Shown here one piece after another: positions 9,706 to 19,556 of a DNA stretch of 64,000 nucleotides. Below the pieces are notes generated by a model that made no database searches, had not been told where the DNA came from, and was given only the letters and a program-made list of their open reading frames with translations. A program made the translations under genes and the position numbers. The DNA is taken from assembly GCA_965223845.1 (NCBI GenBank), contig CBDCXR010000004.1, positions 2,432,001 to 2,496,000 on the forward strand, written 5' to 3'. The stretch's first letter is position 1. Every line of letters starts with the position of its first letter. Source of the stretch: Planctomycetota bacterium. Lineage in GTDB: Bacteria; Planctomycetota; UBA8108; SXIK01.

Positions 9706-11406
9706 TCACCCCGAGAGCGACGCGCAGGAGATCCCGTCCGGAGTCGGGTCCGGCCCCTCCTCCGGGAACGGCGCCGGCAGCGCGGCCGGGCCGTCCTCGG
9801 CGAAGAGGTGGACGAGAGTGAAGAGTGGATCGCTGATGTTGAGCCGTCCGTCGTCGTTGGCGTCCGCCGCGTCGAAGCACGGGGGCCGAACGCCGTCCGC
9901 CGCAAAGAGGTAGTTGAGTGTCCACTGAGCGTCGGCGAGATTGACCGCGTCGTCGCGATTGGAATCGCCGCGGACGAATGTCGTGATGTCGACGATCGCC
10001 TGAACGAGCAGCGTGCAGTCGACGAGGACGAAGTTCTCGTGGAGGTCCGGCGAGACGGCTACCCCCTGCGTGGTGGCGATGTTCTCGACGGGTTGACCGC
10101 TCACCTGGCCGCCGTTCATGAAGCGGATCTCGGTGGGGCCATCGATGGCCTCTTCGTCGATGTCGAAGTGGAAGTGGAGAACTTCGACGTCCTCGTCTGC
10201 CGGGAGGGACACATCTCGCGTGAAGGAGAACACGCACGCGGCGATGATGAACCCTTCGTCCACGCCCGCATTGCCCTCCGTCTCGTTGTCGTTGTTCCAT
10301 TCGTACTTGGCGAACGACATATCGTAGTCGCCCGGTATCCGCCAAGCCTCGGTTACGTCGACAGCTTGGAGCACCTCCTCGTCGAAGTCCGCCGACATCG
10401 CGTAGCCGTTGATGCTGCCGTTGCTGTGGACGACGAACGGAACGACGACCGGGGATCCCGGAGCCGCGGCGGCGTCAGCGAGGGTGAACTGAATCGAGGT
10501 GGCGCGATTCTCGGGTCCGATCGGCGGACCGCCGGGGACGTGGTTCGGCGGCGGCGACGGCGGATCCGGATCCGGGTCGGGATCGACGGCAGGGAACGGG
10601 CACTCCGCCCCCGCGTTCACGTCGTCACCGACGGAGAGATCGCCGCTCCCCGAAGTGCGAATCGCGCGTCCGGACTGGTGATCGACGAGCTCCGCGTCGA
10701 CCGTCAGGGGATAGGAGCCGGCCGCAGTCCCCTCGGGAAGGCAGACATAGATCTCGAACAGCGCCGCGGCGGTATCCGTAGCGGGCACGGAGTGCTTACC
10801 GACGAGCGAGAAGAGGAGACTCGCTTGGACGCTGTCCCCGGATACCGTCACCGAACGGAATCCGTCTTGGAACGATCCGGTGACTTGAACGCCGAGCGGA
10901 CGCGAGTTCTGAAGCGCGAACGGAAACTTCACGTGGGCATCGAATCCCGCGATCGCAGTTGCGTGCGCGAAGCCGAGAACGATCTTCGCGGAGGCGTCGT
11001 CGCCGCCGACGGAGCTCGCCGAGAGGATCTCGACCGCGGCAACGGGGTCGTCGATCGGACTTCCGTCGCCGGCGCTCGCGCAGTCGAGCTCGTCCTCCGT
11101 CGGATCCTCTCCGGCTTCCGGATACGGCGCCGGGAGCGGAGGGCCTCCCCGCGAGACGCGATTGAGGATGTAGACTCCGTCGGCGATGTTCATGAGGCCG
11201 TCGTCGTTCGCGTCGAACGCGTCCTCACACTCGGGCGGCGAAATGCCGTTGAACAGGTAATTCATGATCGCGTGGGCGTCCGCGACGCTCAACGTGCCGT
11301 CGTCGTTCCCGTCGCCGCGAACGAATTCCGCCGCCGGTGCCGAGCTCGTGGCGGCGCAGAGGAGCAACCCCACCACCGACCCCAATCCAATCGAGCGAAT
11401 CGTCAT
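9706..11406 (-). CDS. Secreted protein: dockerin-like / cohesin-like x2 / dockerin-like
   Basis: ATG 11406 with a GGAGGGG RBS and a signal peptide; 'FVRGDGNDDG..DAFDANDDG' and 'FVRGDSNRD..DAADANDDG' at the two ends; two beta-sandwich segments separated by a Pro/Asp linker. The cohesin call is an inference. Confidence 0.8.
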   Translation of the reverse strand: MTIRSIGLGSVVGLLLCAATSSAPAAEFVRGDGNDDGTLSVADAHAIMNYLFNGISPPECEDAFDANDDGLMNIADGVYILNRVSRGGPPLPAPYPEAGEDPTEDELDCASAGDGSPIDDPVAAVEILSASSVGGDDASAKIVLGFAHATAIAGFDAHVKFPFALQNSRPLGVQVTGSFQDGFRSVTVSGDSVQASLLFSLVGKHSVPATDTAAALFEIYVCLPEGTAAGSYPLTVDAELVDHQSGRAIRTSGSGDLSVGDDVNAGAECPFPAVDPDPDPDPPSPPPNHVPGGPPIGPENRATSIQFTLADAAAAPGSPVVVPFVVHSNGSINGYAMSADFDEEVLQAVDVTEAWRIPGDYDMSFAKYEWNNDNETEGNAGVDEGFIIAACVFSFTRDVSLPADEDVEVLHFHFDIDEEAIDGPTEIRFMNGGQVSGQPVENIATTQGVAVSPDLHENFVLVDCTLLVQAIVDITTFVRGDSNRDDAVNLADAQWTLNYLFAADGVRPPCFDAADANDDGRLNISDPLFTLVHLFAEDGPAALPAPFPEEGPDPTPDGISCASLSG

Positions 11407-11760
11407 CGATTCCCCTCCGAGTGAGACCTGACCAAACGATGCGGGCGGCCGTTCGCCGCCCGATCGCGCGTTCCCGTCCGCCGGCGCCAACGCGGGCGGA
11501 CCCCCCAGCAGCGCCGTCCAGGGCGCGGTTCTGTAGAGACTGACCCGGCGATTACGCAAGGCGCGGGCCATCGCCGCTGAGGCGCGACGCTGGTTCTTCG
11601 GCAAGTCGTTTCAACCAATCAGGTTAAGCCAGATTCACACCAAGCGCTACGCGCGGCACTGTAAAGCACCGTTTGCAGTCGAACGGAGGGAGTACCGCTC
11701 GCCACGGCAATCCGATCGCCGGCTCGCGTTCCCGCGCCCGATCGCGCTATGGTGTTGCCG

Positions 11761-12426
11761 ATGCGCCCGAACGAATTCCGACCCGCGTTCACGCGTTCCG
11801 ACGGAACTCTCCTCGTCGCCACCGGGGCACTGACGGTCTGGTCGGCGATCGTCCCCAAAGACTACGCGACCTGGTTCTTCGAGCTCCTCCTCGGCGCGAT
11901 CGGCGTCGCAGTCCTCGTCGTCGCCTCGCGCCGGGTTCGATTTTCGGGGCTCGTCTATGCCGTCGTCGCGCTTCACTACGCGATCCTCGCGGTCGGGGCC
12001 AAGTACACGTACGCCGAAGAGCCGGTGTTCAGCTGGATCCGAGACGTCCTCGAGCTCGAGCGGAACCACTTCGATCGCGTCGGGCACTTCGCGCAAGGCG
12101 TCACGCCTGCGCTCCTCACGCGCGAGGCGCTCCTGCGGTGGACTTCGATCGGACGGAGTCGCTGGGTTCCGATTCTGTCCGTCTCGGTCGCGCTCGCCTT
12201 CAGCGCGCTCTACGAGATCCTCGAGTGGGCCTGGGTCGTGCTCTTCTACCCCGACAAAGGCCCCGAGTGGCTGGGACACCAAGGCGATCCGTTCGACGCC
12301 CAGGCCGACATGTTGATGGCGCTCGCCGGAGGGATGGTCGTCGTCTCGATTCTTCGCCGACTCCACGACGCCTCGATCGTGCGACGCGAAGCCAGCGAAC
12401 GAATCGAACCCCCCGCGGAACATTGA
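11761..12426 (+). CDS. DUF2238 (YjdF-like) inner-membrane protein
   Basis: 'YTYAEEP', 'RNHFDRVGHFAQG', 'YEILEW', 'LGHQGDPFDAQADM'; several TM helices. Confidence 0.85.
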   Translation: MRPNEFRPAFTRSDGTLLVATGALTVWSAIVPKDYATWFFELLLGAIGVAVLVVASRRVRFSGLVYAVVALHYAILAVGAKYTYAEEPVFSWIRDVLELERNHFDRVGHFAQGVTPALLTREALLRWTSIGRSRWVPILSVSVALAFSALYEILEWAWVVLFYPDKGPEWLGHQGDPFDAQADMLMALAGGMVVVSILRRLHDASIVRREASERIEPPAEH

Positions 12427-12541
12427 TCCGATCCTCGGGAGAGCCGACGACGAAGAACGCATTCGCGCGCCAAGGAGCGCGCCCACGGGGATCGAGTCGC
12501 TCCGATGCTGCGTGCTGCCGCGGTTCTGCGCAGCGCTCGGG

Positions 12542-13633
12542 CTAACGCTGAACGCGTGCGGACCCGCCCGTCGCGAACGCCTCGACTTCGGGCAGCTTCG
12601 CAAGCGAGACGTCGCCCGGGAACGTCGTGAGCAGCGCTCCGTGGGCCCAGCCGAGTCGGAGAGCCTCTTCGGGCGACCTTCCGCTGAGGAGCCCGTAGAT
12701 GAGCCCCGAGGCGAACCCATCGCCACCGCCGATCCGGTCGATCACATCGAGCTGGCACGTCGGGCTCACGTAGCGTTCGCCGTCGAGCCAGAGCACCGCC
12801 GCCCAGTCGTGGCGATTGGTCGAATGAACTTCGCGGAGCGTCGTCGCGACGAGCTTCACGTTCGGAAACTTCTCTCGCGCCCGCTCGATCATGTCGAAGA
12901 ACGTGCCCGGATCGAGCTTCGCCGAGGCTTTCGCTTCGACCTCGGGGCCAGCGATGCCAAGGCCCTTCTGCAGGTCCTCTTCATTTCCGATGAGCGCGTC
13001 GACGTTCTCGACGATGCGCGCGATCATCTTCTGGCCGTGCTCGAGCCCGCCGATGGTGTTCCACAGCTTCGCGCGGTAGTTGAGATCGAACGAGTTGATC
13101 GCTCCGGCCGCTTTCGCCGCCTTCATTCCCTCGATGATCACCTCCGACGTCGTCTTCGAGAGTGCGGCGAAGATTCCGCCGGAGTGAAACCAGCGGATGC
13201 CGCCGCCAAAGATCGTCTTCCAGTCGAAGTCGCCCGGCTTGAGGAGCGCGCCGGCTTCGTTCGAGCGATTGTAAAAGACGACCGGCGCCCGGACGCCCTG
13301 CCCGCGATCGCTGTAGACCGTTGCGATGTTCGGTCCGCGAACGCCGTCGTGCTCGAAGTGCTTGTAGAACGGCCGAACTCCCATTTCGCGAACGCGGGCC
13401 TCGACGAGCTCGCCGATGCCGTTGTCGACCATCGCCGTGGCGATCCCGGTGTTCAGTCCGAAACAGGATGCGAGGTTCGCCGCGACGTTGTACTCGCCGC
13501 CCGAGACGTGGATGTCGAACGAGCGCGCTCGACGAAACGGGATGATCCCGGGATCGAGGCGGTGAACGAGGGCCCCCACCGAAGCGAAGTCGAGGTCACA
13601 GGGGTCTTGGCGAATTTTGAGCTCCGACATCAA
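12542..13633 (-). CDS. kdgK: PfkB sugar kinase, 2-keto-3-deoxygluconate kinase-like
   Basis: 'SGGEYNVAANL', 'SFDLNYRAKLW', 'GNEED', 'DRIGGGDGFASG'; adjacent to a uronate-type SDR. Confidence 0.8.
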   Translation of the reverse strand: MMSELKIRQDPCDLDFASVGALVHRLDPGIIPFRRARSFDIHVSGGEYNVAANLASCFGLNTGIATAMVDNGIGELVEARVREMGVRPFYKHFEHDGVRGPNIATVYSDRGQGVRAPVVFYNRSNEAGALLKPGDFDWKTIFGGGIRWFHSGGIFAALSKTTSEVIIEGMKAAKAAGAINSFDLNYRAKLWNTIGGLEHGQKMIARIVENVDALIGNEEDLQKGLGIAGPEVEAKASAKLDPGTFFDMIERAREKFPNVKLVATTLREVHSTNRHDWAAVLWLDGERYVSPTCQLDVIDRIGGGDGFASGLIYGLLSGRSPEEALRLGWAHGALLTTFPGDVSLAKLPEVEAFATGGSARVQR

Positions 13634-13736
13634 ACGAACTCCAGCAATGAGTCTCAGCGAGGGACGAGTGGAATCTGTAATCGCTCATCGCAAAGTGCGA
13701 TTGCGCGCGAGGCGGTGAGCTTCGGAAGGGCCGCGA

Positions 13737-14549
13737 TCAGATCGTGACGGAGGAGAATCCGCCGTCGACGACGATGTTCTGTCCCGTCACGAACGACGAC
13801 GCGCTCGGAGACGCCAGCCAGACGATCGCGCCGGCGAGCTCGTCCGACTTTCCGAACCGCGCCATCGGCGTGTGACCGATGATCTGCGCGCCGCGTTCGG
13901 TATAACTGCCGTCCTCGTTGTAGAGCAAGGCCCGGTTCTGATCGGCCGGAAAGAAGCCCGGGCTGATCGCGTTCACCCGGACGCCTCGCTCCGCCCACTC
14001 CCGAGCGAGGAACTTTGTGAGATTGAGCACGGCGGCCTTCGCGGCCGAGTAGCCGACGACGCGGGAGAGCGGGATCATGCCCGACATCGACGCGATGTTG
14101 ATCACGCTCCCGCGCTTCGCAGCGAGCATGTCCTCGCCGAAGACCTGCGCGGGAAGGAGTGCGCCGCCGACGAGATTGAGGTCGACGACGTCGCGCCAGT
14201 CGTCGAGCGAGAGCGCGCAGAAGTCACTGCCGGGCGGCAGGGTCGCGCCGGGGCGGTTTCCCCCCGCGGCGTTCACGAGAACGCTGACCGGACCGAAGGC
14301 TTCGCGGATTGCTCCTCGCGCGGCTTCGAGCGAAGCGCGGTCGAGTGCGTCGGCCGGATGGAACATCGCTCGACCACCGGCGGCCTCTATCGCGCGCACT
14401 CGCGCGGAGCCGCGCTCCTCGCTTCGGCCGAGGACGCACACCTTCGCTCCGAAAGCGCCGAGGGCGTCGGCCATCGCGCCGCCGAGAACTCCGGTTCCAC
14501 CCACCACCACCGCGGTCTCGCCTTCGAGACTGAACAGTGTCTCTCTCAT
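13737..14549 (-). CDS. SDR oxidoreductase (D-mannonate oxidoreductase / gluconate 5-dehydrogenase-like)
   Basis: Start 'MRETLFSLEG'; 'GGTGVLG', 'VNAAGGN', 'YSAAK', 'VNAISPGFF', 'VTGQNIVVDGG'. The ORF-track N-terminal extension is not supported. Confidence 0.88.
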   Translation of the reverse strand: MRETLFSLEGETAVVVGGTGVLGGAMADALGAFGAKVCVLGRSEERGSARVRAIEAAGGRAMFHPADALDRASLEAARGAIREAFGPVSVLVNAAGGNRPGATLPPGSDFCALSLDDWRDVVDLNLVGGALLPAQVFGEDMLAAKRGSVINIASMSGMIPLSRVVGYSAAKAAVLNLTKFLAREWAERGVRVNAISPGFFPADQNRALLYNEDGSYTERGAQIIGHTPMARFGKSDELAGAIVWLASPSASSFVTGQNIVVDGGFSSVTI

Positions 14550-14605
14550 GCCTCGCCCGGGTGAGCCTCGCGTTCCAGCAAGATACGGAACTCTGGCCGA
14601 GGTCT

Positions 14606-14642
14606 CGTTCCCACTCCCGATGCCCCGTTCCCACTCCCGATG
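14606..14642. repeat. 17-bp direct repeat (20-bp period) upstream of the SDR-kinase operon
   Basis: CGTTCCCACTCCCGATG at 14606-14622 and 14626-14642; possible regulator site. Confidence 0.6.
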
Positions 14643-14861
14643 TTTCGTCTCCGTGCGCGAAACAGGCGGACCGGGGACCGGGGCCGTCGACCACGGCCAA
14701 ACCAAGCGAGCCATTCTCCGCTTTTGGCCGGGAGATGAAACCCCGTCGCGACAAAAGCCCGGCGGCGACACACTGGATCGCTCGGCGGCTTCTGACGCGA
14801 CGGGGGAGTGAGCGAGTTCCAACTCGATTCCGCGAGCCGGCGGGCCGAATCGAAAGTCGAT

Positions 14862-15043
14862 CTAGCCCGCATTTCTCACCAGATTCGGTGAGCGAAGCGG
14901 CGAGACGGCGTAAGACGGGAAGGTGGGGACGCACCGACCGGAGGTGTGCTCCTAGCACAGTGAGGATCGAGGTGTTGACACATCCGATGCGCAGTTCTCG
15001 TCTTACGGCGCGGCAGTAGAACCTGGTGAGAAATGCGGGCTAG
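14862..15043. repeat. Nested inverted-repeat (MITE/REPIN-like) element, copy 2
   Basis: Perfect 21-bp terminal IR CTAGCCCGCATTTCTCACCAG (14862-14882) / CTGGTGAGAAATGCGGGCTAG (15023-15043). Inner IR CGTAAGACG (14909-14917) / CGTCTTACG (14999-15007). The right CTAG contains the stop codon of the ECF gene. Confidence 0.85.
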
Positions 15044-18000
15044 CGCCCGTCCCAGACGACGTCCGACGTCTGACCGGCGGACACCTCGACGTCCTCTTCG
15101 AGGATGGTCTCGGGCTCCCCCACCTCCTCGAGCGACATGAGCCCCGCGTTGGGCCCGAGCGCCATCCGTTTCCCCGGCCGCATCACCTGACGATTCACTC
15201 GAACGCGGTAGGTCCCCGGCTCGAGACTCTCGAACTCGAACCGATCGCTATTGACGAACGAGATCATTCGCGTGTTCGGATCCGGCTGACCATCGCGGAG
15301 CCGCACGGCCTCAACCCGGAAGTTCAGCGTGTCTTTCTTCTCGAGCTTCACGCTCGCGCGCGAGAGATTCGTGTTGACGCGTCCCTCGATGCGGCCCACC
15401 TCGCGCATGCGAAGCTCGATGTGAGCGGAGCGGTCGACGACGATCGGCGCGGGCTTTTCAACCAGCGCCCAGAGCGCGTCCCTCGCCCTCACTTTGTGCT
15501 CACCCGGCGTGAGTCCTTCGAGCCGAAACTCGCCGGTTTCGCTGCTCGTCGCGGTCGCGGAGTGGTAGAACTCGAACGACCCCGGCTCGGGCGCGTCTGT
15601 GGTGAGTGCCGCCCGAACGTGGACACCGGGGATCGGTTTCCCCGCTTCGGTGACAACTCTTCCGGTGATCGTCGCGCCCGGATCGAGCGCGAGGTCCAGC
15701 TCCTTGGCCTCGCCGGCGTCGAGCGTGAGCTCCCGTCGGTAAGGACGGAATCCGTCCGCGAGGACCTGGATTTCGTAGCGCCGCGCCGTGAGACCGTCGT
15801 AGCTGTACCGTCCGGCGGAATCGGCGAACCGGAGTGAGCCGACCGAGCCCGCACGGTAGTTGGTCATGCCCGACTCGCGTTGGATGCGCTTTCGCCTTTC
15901 GACGTCGACGAGCGTGATGCCGAACTCTCGGACGGGCTCGCCCGTACGCAGGTTCGTCGCGCGTCCCCAGAGAACGGCGAAACGCTCGAGCACGATGTCG
16001 TCCAAGGGCTCGCCCGCGGTCACGGCGTCGATGCTCCTAGCTTCGTAGCCGCGCCGCCGAGCGACGATGAGATACTCACCGTCTCCGAGGTCGCGGAGCT
16101 CGAACCGACCGTCCTCCCCCGTATGCGTCCACGACTCCCCCTTCGCCGTGAGCAGAGACATGCGGTGCCCGAACTCGTCGTCCGAATACCGACGTCCAGA
16201 CGCCGAATCGACGGAGGAAGCCCGGGCCGCTACCTGCACTCCCGCGAGCGCGCGCCCTTCTTGGTCGACGACTCGCCCTTCGAGCGTTTTCCCGGCCTCG
16301 AGCACGAAGTCTCGGTTGGGCTCGACGGCGACCTCGATGGTTTCGGAGATGCGAGCGAAGCCCGGCGCGGATACCGTGATCGGCACGACCGCCCGCGGGA
16401 GCCGACGGAACCGGTAGCGCCCCGCCGCGCCCGAAAACGTCGCGCGAACGCTCGCGCGCTCGAGACCCGCGCGCTCCGCCTCGCCGTATTCGCCGTCGAG
16501 CGCAATCCGCGCTCCGGCGATGGGCTCACCTTCGGCGTCGAGCACTTTCCCGGAGAGCTCGAGTCCACGATCGAGCTCGACGACGAGAGGCGAGCCTTCA
16601 CTCTGGTGGTCGGTCCAGCGAATCGGACCGGTTCGAACGGGCGCGAACGACTCGTGCGTCACGACCACGTGGACTTCGCCGAATGAACGCCCCTCTCGTG
16701 AAGCAACCGAGTGTCGGCTGAGCCCCTCCTCGTCCGTCGACAAGCGCCGCGAGAGGATCACTTCGTCGTACCAGTCGCCGATGCCCTCGACTTCGAGCCT
16801 CACGCGAGCGCGCGGCACGGGCTCGCCATCGGTCGTCCTCGCGAGCACGAAGAGGGTCGACGGACGAGGAAAGCGAAACTCGACCTCGGAGCGCTTCCCG
16901 CCGTCCGGAGCCAGCGTCACGAGCTCCGAGTTGTGTCCGATCTCCGGATGCTCGGCGTAGATTCGCAGTCGACCACCGAGGACGCGTTCGATGGGAATGC
17001 CGGCGAGCTCGAACAAGCCGTTCTCATCCGTCGTCGTCTCTCGCGGGACGTCCTGTCGAACCTTGATCACCGCACCCGCGATGGGCTCTCCGTCGGGTTC
17101 GAACACCACGCGACCAGCAACCGAGACTCCTTCGCGGAGACGCACGTCGACCGCCGATGAACCGGCGGCGACCCCTGGGAGCGTCGCATCCACGTAACGT
17201 TCGTGACGGATCTCGAGTGTCCACTCACCCTCGCTCACCGGCTCGAGAATGAACGTACCGTCGTCTCCAGTGCGCGTCTCGACCAGCGGATCCGCAGTGT
17301 CCCTCGATCTGAATCCACCGTTCACCTCGAGTCGGTTCCAGTCGATCGCCACCTCGGCGTCCGCGATCGGCGCGCCGTCGGCATCCACGACTCGGCCTGA
17401 GATCTCCAGAGGAACGGCGAGGACGATGTCGCCGAGTTCGGTGATCTCGCCGACTTCGACCTCGCGCGTGAAGAAAGGGAACGCGTCGGCACGGACAACG
17501 AGGTCGAACGCGCCCGTGCCCGCTCCGGTGAGCTCGAACGCGCCGGTCGCGTCGGTGCGCGTCTCGCCGCCCGCTTGATCGTTCGCGTCCGCGACGACGA
17601 TCTCGCTCGCGAAAAGGCGATGGACCTCACCGCGCGCGAGTCGAGCGAGTCGCACTGCCGCGTTCTCCACGGCTTCGCCCCGGGCGTCGACGACGCGGCC
17701 GCGGACGACTCCCGCGGGTTCCATTTCGATCCGTACGTCGTCGGTCCCGCTCTTCACGTCGCGGGTAAACGCCGAACGATAGCCGCGGAGCTCCGCTTCG
17801 AGGTCGTAGACGACGGGTTCGAGGGAATCGAAGTGAAACTTTCCGTTCTCGTCCGACTGGAGTTCGCGCGGCTCGAAGAGGATCCTCCCTCGGCGCCACT
17901 GGGAAACGAGCTCCCGAACGCGCTCGACGGAGTCCGTGTGCCACCCCCGAGCCGCGTAGGCGGTCAAACGTACGCCGGGAATGGGAGTACCGGTTCGATC

Positions 18001-19326
18001 CACCACACGACCGGCGATCTCCGCGGCCGGGGCGAGCTCGACGGTTGCCTCGGCGACGGCCGGCGGACGGATATCGACGAAGACGTCCGACCGGGGCAGG
18101 AAGCCCCCCTTCGATACGACGAGGCGATAGTCTCCGGCGGCCACGTCGGCGAACGCGAAGCTTCCGTCGACGTCCGATTCGACGCGGGGTGCGTCCGACA
18201 CGATCTGGACGAACTCTTCGCGCAGCTCGCGCGACCACGCGCCGAGTTCGCGCATCGTCTCGTTCGCCAACTCGGAATCGGGTCGCGCGAGATCGCTCTC
18301 AGCGATGAGACGAACGACGGCCTCCGGAATCCCGCGGCCGAGTCCGTCCGTCACTCTGCCCGTGAGATTCGGCGGCGGAACCAGGGTCGCGACCTCCGCG
18401 GCCGAGTCCGCCGCGGGCTCAACGGGCGTCGTCCTCGCGGCGCCACGCCCGAGATTCGAGACCTCGCCGGTCTCCTCGTCGTCGATTCGCTCGAGCGAAG
18501 TCGTCTCCGGTCCAGCTTCGTCGTCGATCCCGATAGCCCACCAACCGCCGAGGAGTATGGCGATCGAAGCCACCGCCGCGGCGACAACCTTCTTGCTACT
18601 CACGATGGATCCTCCGGTGATGATCGGTGTCCAAGCACTCGAGGTCACTCCCGCTCCCGCACCGGCACCTGCGGCCGTGAGGCCTTCGAGTGCGGTGCCG
18701 AGTGCGGTGATGCGGTCGAGTCCACTGACGACGGCCTCGGGAAGCGGCGGAATGACTCCGCCGTGGAGCCCACCCGCCGCTCCGAGGAGCGTCGCCGAGC
18801 CGATTCCGAGGCGCCGTTCGAGGAACGCGCGCGCCTTCCCGAGCCGGAAGCGGACCGCACGCTCGGTGATTCCGAGCGCGCTGGCCACTTCGCCGGGGGA
18901 GAGATCTGCGAGGTAGCGAAGCTCGATGGCCGCCCTTTGATCGCGCGGCAACTCGTCGAGCGCTCGGTCGAGGGCTTCGACGTCGTCCGCCGACTCGCCC
19001 GAACCTCGCAGTCTCTCGTGTAAACGCCGAACGTGCTCCTCCTCGCGGCGCCGACGACGTTCGCGCGAACGCCGCAAGCGCCCGACTCGGCCGAACACGC
19101 ACCACACCAAGTACCCACGAACCGACTCGACGTTCTCACCCCGCGGCGGTGAGACGAGGAGCTTCACGAAGACGTCCTGGCAGACGTCGGCGGCGTCCTC
19201 CGAGCTCGACGTCATCCGGTAGGCGACGCGCCAAACGAACTCGCGGTACTCGGCGACGACGCGCGCGAGGTTACGGCGGTTCGGCCGGCGGAGATACCGG
19301 GTGAAGGAGTCGGGCTTCGGGGACAT
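15040..19326 (-). CDS. ECF sigma factor fused via a TM helix to many carboxypeptidase-regulatory-like repeats
   Basis: Sigma2 'DAADVCQDVF', sigma4 'LPRDQRAAIELRY..EVASALGITERAVRFRL', a TM helix, then repeated 'GRVVDxxGxPIxGA..TDxxGxFxL' units. Confidence 0.88.
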   Translation of the reverse strand: MSPKPDSFTRYLRRPNRRNLARVVAEYREFVWRVAYRMTSSSEDAADVCQDVFVKLLVSPPRGENVESVRGYLVWCVFGRVGRLRRSRERRRRREEEHVRRLHERLRGSGESADDVEALDRALDELPRDQRAAIELRYLADLSPGEVASALGITERAVRFRLGKARAFLERRLGIGSATLLGAAGGLHGGVIPPLPEAVVSGLDRITALGTALEGLTAAGAGAGAGVTSSAWTPIITGGSIVSSKKVVAAAVASIAILLGGWWAIGIDDEAGPETTSLERIDDEETGEVSNLGRGAARTTPVEPAADSAAEVATLVPPPNLTGRVTDGLGRGIPEAVVRLIAESDLARPDSELANETMRELGAWSRELREEFVQIVSDAPRVESDVDGSFAFADVAAGDYRLVVSKGGFLPRSDVFVDIRPPAVAEATVELAPAAEIAGRVVDRTGTPIPGVRLTAYAARGWHTDSVERVRELVSQWRRGRILFEPRELQSDENGKFHFDSLEPVVYDLEAELRGYRSAFTRDVKSGTDDVRIEMEPAGVVRGRVVDARGEAVENAAVRLARLARGEVHRLFASEIVVADANDQAGGETRTDATGAFELTGAGTGAFDLVVRADAFPFFTREVEVGEITELGDIVLAVPLEISGRVVDADGAPIADAEVAIDWNRLEVNGGFRSRDTADPLVETRTGDDGTFILEPVSEGEWTLEIRHERYVDATLPGVAAGSSAVDVRLREGVSVAGRVVFEPDGEPIAGAVIKVRQDVPRETTTDENGLFELAGIPIERVLGGRLRIYAEHPEIGHNSELVTLAPDGGKRSEVEFRFPRPSTLFVLARTTDGEPVPRARVRLEVEGIGDWYDEVILSRRLSTDEEGLSRHSVASREGRSFGEVHVVVTHESFAPVRTGPIRWTDHQSEGSPLVVELDRGLELSGKVLDAEGEPIAGARIALDGEYGEAERAGLERASVRATFSGAAGRYRFRRLPRAVVPITVSAPGFARISETIEVAVEPNRDFVLEAGKTLEGRVVDQEGRALAGVQVAARASSVDSASGRRYSDDEFGHRMSLLTAKGESWTHTGEDGRFELRDLGDGEYLIVARRRGYEARSIDAVTAGEPLDDIVLERFAVLWGRATNLRTGEPVREFGITLVDVERRKRIQRESGMTNYRAGSVGSLRFADSAGRYSYDGLTARRYEIQVLADGFRPYRRELTLDAGEAKELDLALDPGATITGRVVTEAGKPIPGVHVRAALTTDAPEPGSFEFYHSATATSSETGEFRLEGLTPGEHKVRARDALWALVEKPAPIVVDRSAHIELRMREVGRIEGRVNTNLSRASVKLEKKDTLNFRVEAVRLRDGQPDPNTRMISFVNSDRFEFESLEPGTYRVRVNRQVMRPGKRMALGPNAGLMSLEEVGEPETILEEDVEVSAGQTSDVVWDGR

Positions 19327-19556
19327 GCTCGGCGGGTGCGTTCGAGGATCCCAACGCGGTCGCCGACGCGATCGCGCGTGGAGCTACATGGTAGCGCGTC
19401 GACGCTCGGTCCGGTCCATCCTGGACGTCGACGCCCGGTGGGAGTACGGACCGAGATCGGTGCACGTTCATCGCTTGAGGATCCGCCGAGCAATCGGAGC
19501 GGAAACGAAAAATCGACCGGGTCGCACGACGGCAGCACCTCGAAGTCGCTCGTTCG

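Noticed and set aside
9448-11424. 658-aa + ORF, and similar ORFs 12512-13747, 17575-19023, 23628-25646, 32116-33444, 37172-38431, 38940-40334, 40331-41743
   Set aside because: They are antisense shadows of motif-bearing genes, as expected in high-GC DNA.
15040-19326. Giant ECF fusion (and the kinase-WD40 gene) as novel
   Set aside because: Extended ECF sigma factors and kinase-WD40 proteins are well-known, abundant planctomycete architectures.
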